Origin: Antedon mediterranea
Taxonomy: Eukaryota > Animalia > Echinodermata
Assembly: GCF_964355755.1 (NCBI RefSeq)
Contig: NC_092672.1
Location: 38,322,437 to 38,386,436, forward strand
DNA: 64,000 nt
Direction: 5' to 3'
Part shown: one piece after another, positions 24,654 to 38,594 of the stretch
Layout: the number at the start of each line of letters is the position of its first letter
Position numbering within the stretch: the first letter of the stretch is position 1
Program-made: the position numbers and the translations under genes
Notes under the pieces: generated by a model
Database searches by the model: none
What the model saw: the letters and a program-made list of their open reading frames with translations, nothing else
What the model was told of the DNA's origin: nothing

Positions 24654-27600
24654 ACTTGAGTGGCAATTTTTAAACATATTTATCAATATCAGAGATGTTT
24701 AATGTACTTCATTCTTCATGACCAAATATGGACATATAGTACTCTGAACTGAATAACATTCCAACATTTTTAGATTCTCTGAAATCTTAAATACCAAAGT
24801 GAACTAACCGCTAAAGTGTATTTTAATGCCGAGTCACACACAGACAAAAAATCAATTTTTACAACGATGCTTTGCTATATTTTGATGTTTTTACAGCAAT
24901 ATACACACTAGGTAATTTATTCTCATTACCATGATAAATAATTGCCATATTTTTATGTTATAATCAATTATGTTGTTTTTGCAAGACTTTCTGCTGTCTT
25001 TATGATCCGGTATTATGTAGAAACCGGCCGTAATTTTCACCGCAAACATTGTTAATGTGTTTTTAATTAATCTGGAGAAGCCAGAGTTATAGTATTAGCG
25101 TCGTTGTCAACACTATCTTTTGTCCTCCTCTACAGATTTCATCCCAACATCTGTTTTTGAGCATCTAGTGTTAAATTATTTGTGATCTCATCCCTCAATC
25201 ATATCTTGTTTTATTCTTTGTTGTGAACCCCTCTTTCCTAAATTTCTTCTTCTCTGTTTGAGCAGCCAGAGTTATTATTTGTGATCATTCTCATCTCTCA
25301 ATCATATCTTGTGTCATCCTTGTTTTTTAACCCTCCTCTCTAGATTTCCTCCCAACATCCGTCTTGGGCAGACAGGGCCAAAGTATTAGTGATGTAATCT
25401 CTCAATCATGTTTTTTTTTTGCTTTAGAAGTATTTTAGTTTACTTCCAACATCTGCCACTTTGGAACAGACAAGACCAAGCTGTAGTTTTTATTCCTTTT
25501 AATTAAAATGTTAAAATGACAATTTACGCTGATTTACAAATAAAACAAAAAGCAATATATATTTATTCAACATGGTTGATTTCAGAGAACCAGTTAACCA
25601 AAATTAAACTTTCCACCTTGGTTTTCTGTTTTGCTTTAATTCATTTAGGAAATGTTAATCCTTTCACTTTTTAGAGTATCTGTGCATCAATTTACCCTTT
25701 AACATTTAAAACATTTTATTAATGTTCATACAAATGCTGTTGAAAAATGTTGTATTGTGTTTATTACATATTTTGGATTAAATGTTAAATCAGATATAAC
25801 CATTAGGAATATTTCCGTTGTTTCAATTATCTGGATATCAGCCCAAGAACATTAGATAAATCAATTTGGTTATTTCATGTAAAATACATGTTTGTGTGTG
25901 GATAACTAGCCTAGCTGAAGATATACATAGAGACAATGTGAGACAATGTGCTGGGCCTTTAAAACCTCTCACCCCCCAGCCTAATCAACGTAGCACCCAC
26001 CCAAGAAAAAAAAAATAGATACCTGAAAATATTGTTTTATATTTTCCCACCCACCGTTAAGTTGTTGCCACTAGGACACAACACAAAATGCAAGAGCAAT
26101 GCCAGTGGGTTGAACAATCATAAACAACAATTTAAAAGCTTTAGCAATTTTAGACTTTCCTATAAAGCTACATCCCAGAAAGTAGAATGACAACATTCAT
26201 ATACTACTGCCTGAAGTTGAGTTGTAGAGAACTCTTCCCCAAATTTTTTTTTTTCATACACATGCAACAGCAAGTAACTTACCAATTACAGGATGGATAA
26301 ACTATTTTATAATTTATCGTGCTTATAAACTAAGTCTTATTTGAGGAGAGTGGAGTTAAAAGAGTCATTATTTTTTTAATACAGATGTTCATTTTTGTTC
26401 TACCTTGTATTTCCAATAAAAGTTTTCAACTTCCAAACCAAACCATTCAGAATTCAAAATGTAACTCAAATAAAATATGATACACTTATTTGGCAGCAAT
26501 CGATATTAGTTTGATATCGAATGAAACAAAATAATTTAATAGTGTTTTTATATCACAATTGCCTTGATATGTGTGTTACAAGGACAAGAAGAGATATGAT
26601 ATTTATGCATTAATATTATTTTGTTTCATTGGGAATACAATCTGGGCTTCATAGGTGGCTATGATATTGGTTTTCTGACACAATTGAAAGAAATTATGAA
26701 ATTCTATCCTAGTTGAAGATGAAAACAATAAATTTAATTCATAATGAGGACAGGTATACATTTGATGTCAGGGACATTTCATGTTCTTTCAGGACTTAAT
26801 TATTCGATCATTTATTCTTTAATTTGCTATAATTTGCTTATTTGTTGAATTTACTTGCTTTCCTGATAAAATGCACTGAAAAAAAAAAGAAAAGAATTTA
26901 TAAACATTTACTATAATTATAAAATTTAAAAAAAGTTTTTTCGAGGAGTAGCTCTGGTACAGTATTAAATATAAATCAAAGAGCTGCATAGGCAGAGTAG
27001 AAGAAAAATCAAAATCAAACTTGAGTTAAAACTTGTCATTTTAATAAATTTATATTGAGGCAGTTTTAACTTTCATTTGATTTGTTCTAGTACAGTAATT
27101 TAAAATCAACTCGTGTTACATATGATGAGAAATATTTCCCTTTACAAACAAAAATTTTAAATAATAATTATAATACACATTATTGCTATTCTTCGTTCCT
27201 ATTATCAAGTTTTTATCCTAATATTGTAGATTTTCTAGTAGGTCGTTATAATGTGCCAATTCTGTCTATCTTTGACATACTGAGTGTGTTTTGAGTGTGC
27301 AAGTCAATACATAAGTATGTATAGACTTTGTGCAATTCACATTCAAGTGTATTTGCATCTTCTGACATTGTCTAATTCACACTAATCAGAACTTGGCTAC
27401 AGGCAAGTCAAACTTACTAACCACAGTATTGCTATACTATTCACTGTATCTATAGCTTTTCATTCTTTTTGTTCATTGTATGTATTAAATTAACATTTTA
27501 AAGGATTGTTTTTTGAATATGAATGGTTTAATATTTTAATATTTTATTTCTACATTATGAAAACTTCCTCGAGGCTTTTAGTAGATGAAATTAAATAATA

Positions 27601-27692
27601 TTTGAATAACAAAATATTTCTTTCTGTACAAAAATTAACTTATACAGGCCCTAATAGTTTGTATTTTGTAGCAATGTTTGTAATAATAAGTA

Positions 27693-28008
27693 CACAGTAG
27701 GTATCCAGAATGGTAATATCTAAAGGACAGGGAGGTATCTAAGAAGGTATTAGGTACCCAATGGTGACTGTAGGTATCCAAGGTGACAGTTAGTATCTGA
27801 GGACAGAGAGGGATACAGTAGGTATCCAAGGGCAACAGTAGGTATCCAAGGGCAAGAATATGTATCAAAAGGTGACTGTAGATATCCTAGGGCAACAGTA
27901 GATATCCAAGGGCAACAGTAGGTATCCAAGGGCAACAGTAGGTATCCAAGGGCAACAGTAGGTATCCAAGGGCAACAGTAGGTATCCAAGGGCAATAGCA
28001 TTTATCCA
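27693..28008. repeat. 20-bp minisatellite (CAACAGTAGGTATCCAAGGG), degenerate at the 5' side
   Basis: Direct tandem repeat. Confidence 0.93.
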
Positions 28009-28615
28009 GGAAGGCTTCAAGGATGATACAATTTAAAAGTTCAGCTAGAAAATTTAGAACATTAAACGTATTTGACTATAAACATTATTGCTAAATCAAA
28101 GATAGTACTTGTCAATTACAGGTAGTAAACTTGTAAATATCTAAACAAGTGAATTGTCTCAGCCTAAGGGAAGAATATTTGAATATTTGAATTATCGATT
28201 TTCGGAATGCGGTGTTGCGAAAACTCTAGACATGATACATTATATTTCAGAAAACATTTAAATATTGGATAAAATAATTTTCTGCTATTTTTATGGAGAT
28301 TTTTTTTTCTATGGTTTCTTTTTTTCACCACTAGATTTTCTCCAAGTAAATTTATTTAGATATACATTTTGTTGAGAATAAAATGTAGAAAAAGATTGAT
28401 TAGCTCATTTCTTTTTTCTTATTTCAAATATTACTCTAGCGCCATTCTAACATGCCAGTCAAGGACAATATCAACCTTAGGGGTTTTTCTTGCTTATTAT
28501 TATGCTTTATGAGTAACAATGTAAAGTAACCAAATGTTTATCGGTGATGGTGACGGTCTTAGCGCTTTTCTTCTGTACTAACACTCTTCTTTTTCTCTTA
28601 ATCTTTTCTATTCAG

Positions 28616-28642
28616 AAAATCAAGAACTGATGGATATTAAAG
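28616..28642 (+). CDS. MYO18A: Candidate 27-nt stop-containing microexon of myosin-XVIII
   Basis: TACTAAC branch point at 28576, about 30 nt of pyrimidine tract and a TTCAG acceptor; AAG|GTAGAT donor; phase-2 reading RKSRTDGY-stop. Confidence 0.55.
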
Positions 28643-31600
28643 GTAGATTGTTTACTAAAAAAAGGAAATAAAAATCACTAAATCTATGCTTGTGGCTAAT
28701 ACTATGTGTTTTGTTTGGTGAATTGTTTGTTATTTACTTCTTGTGACTCGTTTATAGCATCTTTTCAACATGCAACAAGTCACATCATCATTCAATTCAA
28801 TTCACTACCAGTCTATTAATATATTTTATCATGTTTTTATTTTCAGCATAGTATTAATGCATTTTGCTAGTTGTGGTGATGGGTGCCTAATATTTTACAT
28901 AAACTTTCTTTTTTTATTGTTTTTGCCTTTTTTTATAGTATTGTCTTTGTTTATTGTTTGTTTATTAGTTTGCCTGTTTGTGAATGTGATATAATATAGA
29001 AAAACAATGGTTTTTTTTTAATACAAGATTGCATACTTGGTAGAGAAAATTCCTAAAAATAAATACTCTTATCGAAATCCGATAGGATTCTTACACCTGG
29101 TAAGATTCAGATGCGTGCTGCCGTAAAGGTTTTGATATAGCCGGCTCCATGCACATAATCGTATTACTAATATGAGCTGTTATGATGTGATTATTAATAT
29201 TTCTGTAACATATAGAAAGTATTATTTGATAACAAAAGAAACATTTGTTATTATTGTCGGGATATTTATTATAGACAAAAAGTATCTGAGTTCATATAGA
29301 AAGTGTTTGATACATAATAACAAAAGAAACATTATTATTGTCAGGATATCTATTAAGACATAAGTATTGAAAGCATGTGAGTTCATTCAAGTTCATAAAA
29401 CAATATGATTTCTGATGACGGAACCTCGTTTATCAGAAGCAGTGACAAACAAGTCTGTTTATGAGCGGTCGTGGTGGGGGAAGCGCTTTACATGGCTTTT
29501 GCGTCAGTTAATTCCAGCCATTACCAATACAGATATTTGCAAATTATTAAGCTTTTAGTGAAAATTTGTTTTTATTTGCTAAACCTTGGAATGAAAAAAA
29601 AAATGAATGAGATTGTAATAGTCGTAAGGATGATAGTGTAGAATAGTTTTATTTGTGAGAGTAGTCGTAATAGTTAGCCATTTTGCTATCAGTAGTTGTA
29701 GAGTAGATACAGTATAGCTAATATTAAATAACTAATAATCTACATTGTTGTTATTGCATTGCACTGACCACATACAGGGAGAAGATCCATCATTTTTTTT
29801 GTCAAGGGAGTGTTATTTAACACATTAATATATTATATATCAGAAAAGTAATTCATGATTTCATTGTAGGTGTCAAAAGGGGGAGCGTGCACCACCCCCA
29901 AACGCTATCCTGAATTTATTCAGCGCCTACGTGCAGTGCATACTTCAATTAATTCTTAATTGTTGGGTTGACTACCGTACACTCATCTGAGACAAAGTTG
30001 TTTTAAATAAGAAGTATGAATATGATTCAAGTCCATGGGCTTGACTTCTATCAACTTTGATCATGAAATATGCCCTTAATTACTTGATCCTAATACAAGA
30101 ACCAAGGGAATAGTACAAAATGACTATCCTGCATATTTGAATGTAAAGAGAAATTTGACGATTGTTATTATTATAGTTATCGACATATTAAATTAACTTT
30201 ACACAATTACTTGAGAGATTAAGGGACTAACTCTTGGGATTAATATTAATGGATTATATATAAATCCTAATCATTAATTTCATAGATTAACATATCAATG
30301 AAGGTGATATAGATTTAAAGATTAATTTAAATTGTTGTATTTAATTTTAGTTAATAATTCTGATAAGAAAACGTGATTAGCTAGAATGAGTAATCGTTTT
30401 ATCAGGTTCACCTTGACATAATACTTCAAACGAATGAGTTGGATATGCAATACCCTTCATTTTATATATAATAATCTAAGCTAAATTCTAAGTATCATTT
30501 TAAATATTATAAACAATGTAATCAAACTATCGTATTAATTGCAATGGTAATTTCTGTATTGCTGTTGATGTATATAAACTTTGGTTGAACTTATTTCATT
30601 TCATTTTCCATTTCATTTATTTTGTTTCCATAAAAATACAATATAAAAAACATGGACAAAGAACAAGAAAAAACATCACACAAAACCAGGCACAGACAGG
30701 ATTCCTAAAAAGCGAACTTAATCACTATCTAGTAGGTCTCCTATTGCACTGATTGTATAAAAAACATTTTCGAATAAAATTAACATTAAAAATGCATATA
30801 TACTATATCAAAATAAATTAAAATATATTGCAATATCATAAATCGTCAATACATAGCAACTTATTAACTAATGTACAACACATTGTGTACACATAATGTT
30901 CTGCAACATTAATGTTGCTAATGTTGTTTTTATAACTAATGTTTATCGTCTTAATACTTCCTTACTAATCTACACATTACAGTAATACAGAGAGAGAGAG
31001 TCTATCATAGCACATGCACACCTCAATATGTTTTTAATATATTTAGCCATGGAAAAATACATACTCTTAAACAACACTTTTTAGCATAATATGACAGGAC
31101 AATTTTATGATGTTGTTTTACACAATATCAAATGTGAATGTTTTGTATTAGCAAATCGCCATGAGCAGCACCATCTCAGTGTTCCATTCTCTTTGTAATC
31201 GTTGAATTTTATTTTTTATTTCATTTATTTCGTAATATACAAAAAAAAAAGAAGTTATCGTTTCAAATTAATTAATAAAATTTCAGTATATCACACCAGG
31301 CAGTTTAGAATTAATGTTCTATGCCTATTGTGTTTACAAAATTTTAATAAATATTTATAATGTTCTATATAACCATTTTATATGGATACATTCAACTTTA
31401 TCAAAACCAGATATATTTTATTGAACTGTCTCATAGTTCATAAAATAAATGAAATATTTGAACGACTATCACAAACAGGAAACAACTAATTGTCCAAAAA
31501 CATAACAAAACTAAATTTTATGAATAATTTAAAGTAAATACTAGAAAAAAATATTGAAATGTGTGTGTAATTTGTAGCATCCTGCTTGCTCTACGTAGAA

Positions 31601-32732
31601 AAGCAATTTATCTAAATAATGAAAATATTTTGCTCTTCTAGCTTTGGATTGATAGTTTATAAAATGTCACTTTGTATTTTTATTAAATAACATTATTATA
31701 TTACCTCCAGAAACATGCTTCCCCTTTGGGAAAATTGTCAATTTAAAGAAACTAAAAAAAACCCGTTTAATTTTACAATGTTATATATTTGATGACTGCC
31801 AACTTTTCTATAAATGTAAACCAAATTTCTACATGTATATTCCATGTTTCAAAGATGAATAAATTAATCAATATTATATTTGTAATTGTATACTGCAATT
31901 AATATATTTATAGAGTTTCTTTGAATTTATTATTGAAGCAAACAGGATAAATATTGAGCAAGTTTGCAAAGCTCCTTAAAAAACATTTCCGCGATTTGCA
32001 CACGATTGAAAATACATTATATCGTCATCAACATAGGTATCAAATGAAACGGTGTTCTGATATTCAATTCCTCTGGGACTAATTAACACAGTTATTTCAA
32101 AGCCCCAACGAGATTTGTCGTTAAGCGGTGGCAAAATATTTAAAATCTTAATTGATTTGCGCTAGGTTTCGCCCACATTCATGCCTCAAAGTACATATTA
32201 AATTTGTATTTTGACTTTCTATTAATTACACACTGTATTTAAAGCTCATTGTTGTTCAGTTTCAATGGAATGTTGTCGCATTATGATGATATTTTGGATA
32301 GTTTCCTTCAAATAGGTATAGGATGATTCTCAATTATTTTGCTGTGAGTTAATGTGATTTCTATTTTCTACACCAAATGAACAATATTCAAATTACCATG
32401 AAATCAGTAATATTATTCAATCATTTGCCTGAAATTTGGAAATTTTATTTTATCAGTTCATTATCATACCATTTCAGAATAAAAATTATAAATTTTAGAG
32501 TTTCTGTGAAAGATATTCAAATGATTTTCGTACAAAACACGTCAGCGATTAATGAAGAATAATTAATGATGAAAAAGAAAATTGACTATTAGGAGCAGAA
32601 GCCGATATTCTTACATCCCTTTGAGTAATTTTATGTCTTAAACTATTAAAATAAAATTAACGAATAACGAACTTGAGATAACTCTGCAATATTAGAGAAT
32701 GATGTTTTACTTAGATTCTACTAAAATGTTCC

Positions 32733-32840
32733 AAAGCTATGTCTACACTATCAAACTAGTGTGATGTACCCAAATATGGTAGTGATATGCCCAAACATGG
32801 TAGTGATATGACATCATTATGTCCATATATAGGCACATAC
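32733..32840. mobile_element. MITE family 1 partial copy
   Basis: AAAGCTATGTCTACACTATCAAACTAG...CCAAATATGGTAGTGATATG twice. Confidence 0.75.
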
Positions 32841-33784
32841 AGTTTAAGATAAATAAAATACTAAATTAACTTATAACTTAAATAGTTAGAAGTTTATTGA
32901 TAAAGTGTGCATTGAGTTTCAGTTTTTCTTTTTGAATGACTAAACAATTGTGTTGACCTATGACCTATGACCTATGTATAATGTTATACCAATGTTATAT
33001 CAATTTCACCTTAGTTATGACATTTTCATAAATTGAATCAATAGTAGTCTCTTATTGGCAATGATTCGCTGTTGGTGTGGAGAATTGACATAAATAAATA
33101 AATGGTGATATTTGATGGTTTAAAACATTATCTTTATAAATGCAAAATAAGCCAAGTAAAAAATCAAGATGATCTCTGTAAGGGGATGGTATGTTCCAAT
33201 CATCCTAAATAGAAAGATCATCTCCTCCTCCACGTGAGAGGCATCCTTTCCAAAGGGCTTCAGGAAGCAATCTCCTCTTTATGAGAGACATTCAACCTGT
33301 CCTTCACTCCTCAAGAGGAACATCTCAGATCTTCTCCTCGGCGATCTGAGATGTATGACAGTTCACATCAGTTTGTTCTGCTTCTTATTAGGAATGCATT
33401 TTATTGCTAACTTTGAGATATGATAGTTGTACAATAAATCAAAATATTAACATCCAGTTTAATGTAATAAAAAAAAGTAAAATATAATTTACTAGGTAAA
33501 TAACATTGCTACAATAAGGTGTTGCAAACCTGTGTACTATTCAGATAAAATTCCTTGATAAATCTTGTTAAAAAATGTTATTTTGTTAGCACGTTTTAAC
33601 CTTCTATTTTCTATAAACAGCACCATATGTAAAACAGGTGCTACATTCATCTATACCTGATATGTTTTTATCCTGTATATATGTTTTAAATAAATAAATA
33701 AAATAAAAAACTTAAGTATTACTTATAATAAATCTGACACTGTCAATTAATCTTTACATATGTCTTTTTTTTTATTCTCAACAG

Positions 33785-34160
33785 CAAAGCCAAATATGTC
33801 ATAAATCGCCAAAGCTCTGATGAAGAAGAAGCGTTGGATAGAAAAACGAACCGTCAAACTCTTGATGAAATTAGTGATGAGATTCCAGGATTATCAAATT
33901 ACCATAGAACGTCAAATTCAACTGAAATTGATAGAAAAGAAAGTGCAAAAGATGACCAACTGACGAGCCAAGCTAATTTTTCATTTGAATATAAAAATGG
34001 AACGGAAACGAGTCCACGAAATAGCAACGCAAGCGGTAGCCCACGTAACTCGGATATACTGAGCCCTCGTGAGAAAATGAGTATAAGGCGAAGTTCACGT
34101 GGGTCACCGGTTCAAGGTCGCAAGAAGAAAGGACTTGTAGTAAATCCAGATTACTTATAG
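33785..34160 (+). CDS. MYO18A: Candidate myosin-XVIII distal terminal exon (Ser/Pro/Arg-rich tail ending NPDYL)
   Basis: Poly-T...caacag acceptor; phase 2 matches the donors at 14293 and 21525 and is in frame with ORF 33834..34160 (SKAKYVINRQSSDEEEALDRK...VVNPDYL*). Assignment to MYO18 rests on phase and position, not homology. Confidence 0.7.
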
Positions 34161-34340
34161 GGTTCAAATTGCCGAATTAATGACGACAATATTTTATTGT
34201 AAAATTATTAGCATTGTGTGATCAACTACTGGATGTGAATACATGCTATCTTCAACTTTGTAGGTTCTACAATTATTGATTATCACAGAACTATAAGGCC
34301 TACTTAAGACACTTAAGACAGTGGGTATGTGTAAACTAGT

Positions 34341-34495
34341 ACACCTGGGTAACCCCTACTCCTCTCGAAAGATGTACTAGGTTCTTTAAAGTGCACACGA
34401 GCAATTTGTTTACACTGGACCTACGGTTTTATAGTCCGTATCCAAAAAGATATACCATTAAAAACATAGAGCGAGTGAGTGTTGAACCCTTGCCA
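34341..34495 (-). mobile_element. Deu/Nin SINE fragment (in the probable myosin-XVIII 3'UTR)
   Basis: Matches about 24446-24605. Confidence 0.75.
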
Positions 34496-35040
34496 ATAAG
34501 TAAATACATACATGTAATAGTAATAATAGTAATAATATTCTTACCATGGAGCAAATCAAGTAATGTTGCATGATTTGTACTTATGACCTTTAATTTGTAA
34601 GCAAGCTTACTAAGCACCACACTACCATGCCACAACAAGTCCATGTTATTTAGTAGTAACGACTAATTATTTATAAATGAATATTATTTCTTATTGATGA
34701 GTTTGATGAGTATGAGATATCATAACAATTTAGCGCTAAAAAAATAATATTTAATTCACAGTCTGTATTTTTTTACAATTTTTTTTATTCATTACAATCA
34801 AATTGATTATCTTATCGTGTGTGAAAGGTGATGATGTTGGCAAACTGAAGTCACTTTAAGTCACATTCACACTGTCATCAATAGTGACATAATGTCAAAG
34901 AGGTTGTGATTCTAAACACTTTCAACAAACACTCTTAAAGATAATGCTGAAAGACTGATCAAACTATATTACCATCAAATGTTTACATTATACACTATAC
35001 ACATACAATGTATATATATATATTAAATGTACACATTGTC

Positions 35041-35150
35041 TTAAGCTCAGTCTACACTATCAAACTAGTTTGACAAAAAAGTTTGATCTGCCCAAATATG
35101 GTAGTGATATGACATAAAGCATCATGTCCTTATATTGCACATCACTTTTT
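35041..35150. mobile_element. MITE family 1 partial copy
   Basis: TTAAGCTCAGTCTACACTATCAAACTAGTTTGAC...CCCAAATATGGTAGTGATATG. Confidence 0.75.
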
Positions 35151-35794
35151 TGAGGTTTTTTTACAGTGTTTACTCACTGTCTACAACATCAAGTAACATT
35201 TTATATTTAAAATACATGATTGAACCAAAGTTCCCATAACCTATATAATTATGACTAAAGAATTCCTTTCAAATTCTAATTTTAGTTAGTATCAAATAAA
35301 AATGTATTTGCTCAGAAATACTACAAAATATTGTTAATTTACTGCAGTTCCATTGGGTATGTTTGCATAGCTTGCAAAGATGAGGCCTTCAATGTAAAAT
35401 ACTAATATGTTAATTATTTGTAAATTAGTATTCAATTAGAACTTGTGCAATTTTTAAGGGGAAAAAAGCAGCCAATATGTAAGAAATAAAGAGAAGAATT
35501 GTTCATTTTACGTTGTTTTTTGGGGATGGATTTTAATTTAAAATATAACCAGCGGGTTAGTAATATTTCAATATATTTTATATTAATATTTTATTATTAT
35601 TTTAATGTTTGTACAGGTGTCAGGTGATAATTATTCAGATAGGTAATAATTTGATTGGCTACTGTTGTTCCTATATCCCTGAGCCAGGTGGTAATATGCA
35701 AATTGACACTAGTATAAATGTTTTGTTGTGAATATAGTTTAGCTTGGGTATTGTATACTTACTAAAAATCAATTTGATTTTGTACATTTATTTA

Positions 35795-35800
35795 AATAAA
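35795..35800 (+). promoter_or_regulatory. Candidate polyadenylation signal for the distal myosin-XVIII exon
   Basis: AATAAA followed about 25 nt later by GT/T-rich sequence, shortly before the shift to CpG-rich DNA; AATAAA is common in this AT-rich DNA. Confidence 0.3.
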
Positions 35801-35892
35801 GCATCACTAAACAATTATGATGACGTGGTTTCTCAATTTCATTATTTTTAATAATGTATGCATTACTTGATGGGTTAGTACATTTATTTATT

Positions 35893-36035
35893 TATTGGTT
35901 TTGATTGATTAATTAATTTATTGATTGGTTGATTGATTAATTAATTTATTGATTGGTTGATTGATTAATTAATTTATTGATTGATTGATTGATTAATTAA
36001 TTAATTTATTTATTTATTTATTGATTGGTTGATTG
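35893..36035. repeat. Compound (ATTG/ATTA/ATTT)n microsatellite
   Basis: Seen directly. Confidence 0.9.
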
Positions 36036-38594
36036 AAAAACATAATTCTTAACAAATTTTAAAAAGTAAAAAGTCTGATTTTATTAATGGGACAACGTAA
36101 TGTTTTCAGGATTTTTTAATGAATTCTTAATTATTTATTTATTTTTAATTTTTTTTTGAATTTTTTTATTTTTTTTTTTACGTATCTATTATTTTATTTG
36201 ATTTATGGATTTATACCTATTTATTGATATTAATTGATCAATCAGACATTGTTTTAATATGACAGACTGAATGTTTTATTCTTAAAAGGCCTGAATCCAA
36301 ACTATGCTGCCTGTGGTGAAGGCATAGCGTAATACAACAAGGATGTGTCCACATATAATAATGCAAGTTTAAAAAAAACCCGACACCACAGTTCCGTTCA
36401 TACGGAAACTCGGTATCCGTCTACGCTATCTGAAAACAATCAAGGGAATAAAAAAATTGATACGGTAAGTTTGTTCATGAATGTATTGTTTACAGTAACT
36501 TATACAATTGCGTGAAGGAAGTATACAAAAAAAAGATAATAATTTAACATATTGAGTTGTGTGAAAACGTTTTTGACACGAACAAAATAACACTTTGAAA
36601 TTCAGTATAAAAATATCAAATTGTATTCAAGTAAAACTAACGCTTGAGTTTTTTATATGATTAATGCATAAGTAGTTATGTTTGTTTAAAATCGTTTTTA
36701 AACTTGAGAAGTATAACACATTACCAAGTGTTAGGTTACTAGAAGAAACATAATGAATAGATAATTTATTTTCAGCAAAAAAGTAACACCTTGTAATTCT
36801 CTTTTAGAAAAAGAATTATTCATGAAAATTGTGTATAAAATCCTTCAGGTAATATCCAGTCCTGGATGTAAGCAACAACAGTTCGGAGTTTTACGATATG
36901 TAACATTGAATTGTCTAGATCACAATTTAACATTACGAAATGTAGACGCGCGGGTTAAAAATGCGTAACCCCTTGCATCAATATTCGAACGCGCGGAGTA
37001 ACGCACTGCGCGCTTGAACAATAAATAATAGGCGATGATGCCTCGTGTTTACCACAAATATTAGATAATCTAAAATATAATTAATTCGTATTGAGCAGCG
37101 CGTGCTCTTTTAATTATTCACTTAAATAGTATCGACATTTTATTTGTCACATTAAATCGATGACATTTAAATAGTCGATGATTTTAACATTAATTGATTT
37201 AAGAATCTGGGCAAACTGGCGTCATTTCCAACATAAAGTATTTGTAGTCAAGAATAAAGAGACAGCGACAATAGTTTGTACAAATGGACGAACGTGAACT
37301 ATTAATGAGGAGCGCTAATCGTTTAATTTTGCCAACACAATACGTACTCTGTGGAATTCGCATAACATTTATATTGTAAATAATTATGCTTTTATTTATA
37401 AATCTGTAATTGAGATAATAGATTCACCGCGTACTTACGGCGGCCTACCACGATTTCCGTAAAATACCTTGATATTCCCATAGTATTTTTATCTTGGTTA
37501 ATCCAGTGTTAGCACCTGAATCTCACCACAAATTAATCTCCACTTTGTACTTTACTTCCCCCTCCATCCGATTCCAGGAATCTGAAATACAAATGGCGTA
37601 CGTGTGGGGAGAATGAATAGTTAGGAATTCTCACGTTTTGCTGCTAAATTTTCTCATATTCTCAGAATTTTGACAAGAAATTGGTTTGAATTGAGATATA
37701 TGAGACGCGCATTTGGATGATAATAGTTCAGACCTCGCGCGTGAATAGATTTCAAAGTGATTATGAACCATTAAAAGCTATAAACTGATGTAATTATCTC
37801 ACCTTTTACAGCAATTAGCCGCTCAATTGAACCAACTTGGCGTATGTCTATTATAAATTATTCCTGTTGTGTATCTAAATTATTTGTTTTTCTCAACCGC
37901 TGCTGTTTTTAGATGCGGCATCATCGTTTAATCTTGGTTACCATTTGGACTCAACGCGTAGGCAAAGAGTTCTGGTGATTTGTTAATTACTTTTACTGCG
38001 CTTACGCACATCCTGCGCGTTGCATCCTGGTTGGGAACGTACTTTAAGGTTAATATTTATTTTCTCAATTCGTACAAGTATAAATAACATAGATGAGACA
38101 AAAATAAAAGATATAGGCCTCGTTGTTCAACTCCCAGATTCAGAACCACCTTCAACACAATGGTGTGCTTCCATTTGAACATACTACACGCAACCAAAAC
38201 GACAACAAATACAATCAAATTATACTTCCAATCGATTTATATTTAACAATAATCAACAACAAAATAATGCACACACGCACACATGAAACTGATTATATAC
38301 TTCAGCACTTCTCTAACGTCAATACTGATGAAGATCATACGAATCGAACAATTGTTGCGCTCGCGTGGATGTTGTGTTCATGTCTCATCGAGTAATTTGT
38401 CATATGCGTCATCAAAATGATTTAGTGCGTACGAATCGAAGTGTATGATGTTACCGATTGTTGTGCGCCGCCCGCGTGCATACTATGTCTATATCGTGTA
38501 TTTTTTCCAACAAACGTCATCAAAATGATGCAGTGCTTACGAGTCAAAGTATATCATGTTGTGCGCGCGCGTGTTGTCTGAAGTTTCTATGTTA

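Noticed and set aside
38320-38365. Hammerhead-like CTGATGA...GAAC
   Set aside because: Lacks GAAA, and the downstream part belongs to a local degenerate ~110-bp repeat (38338-38575).
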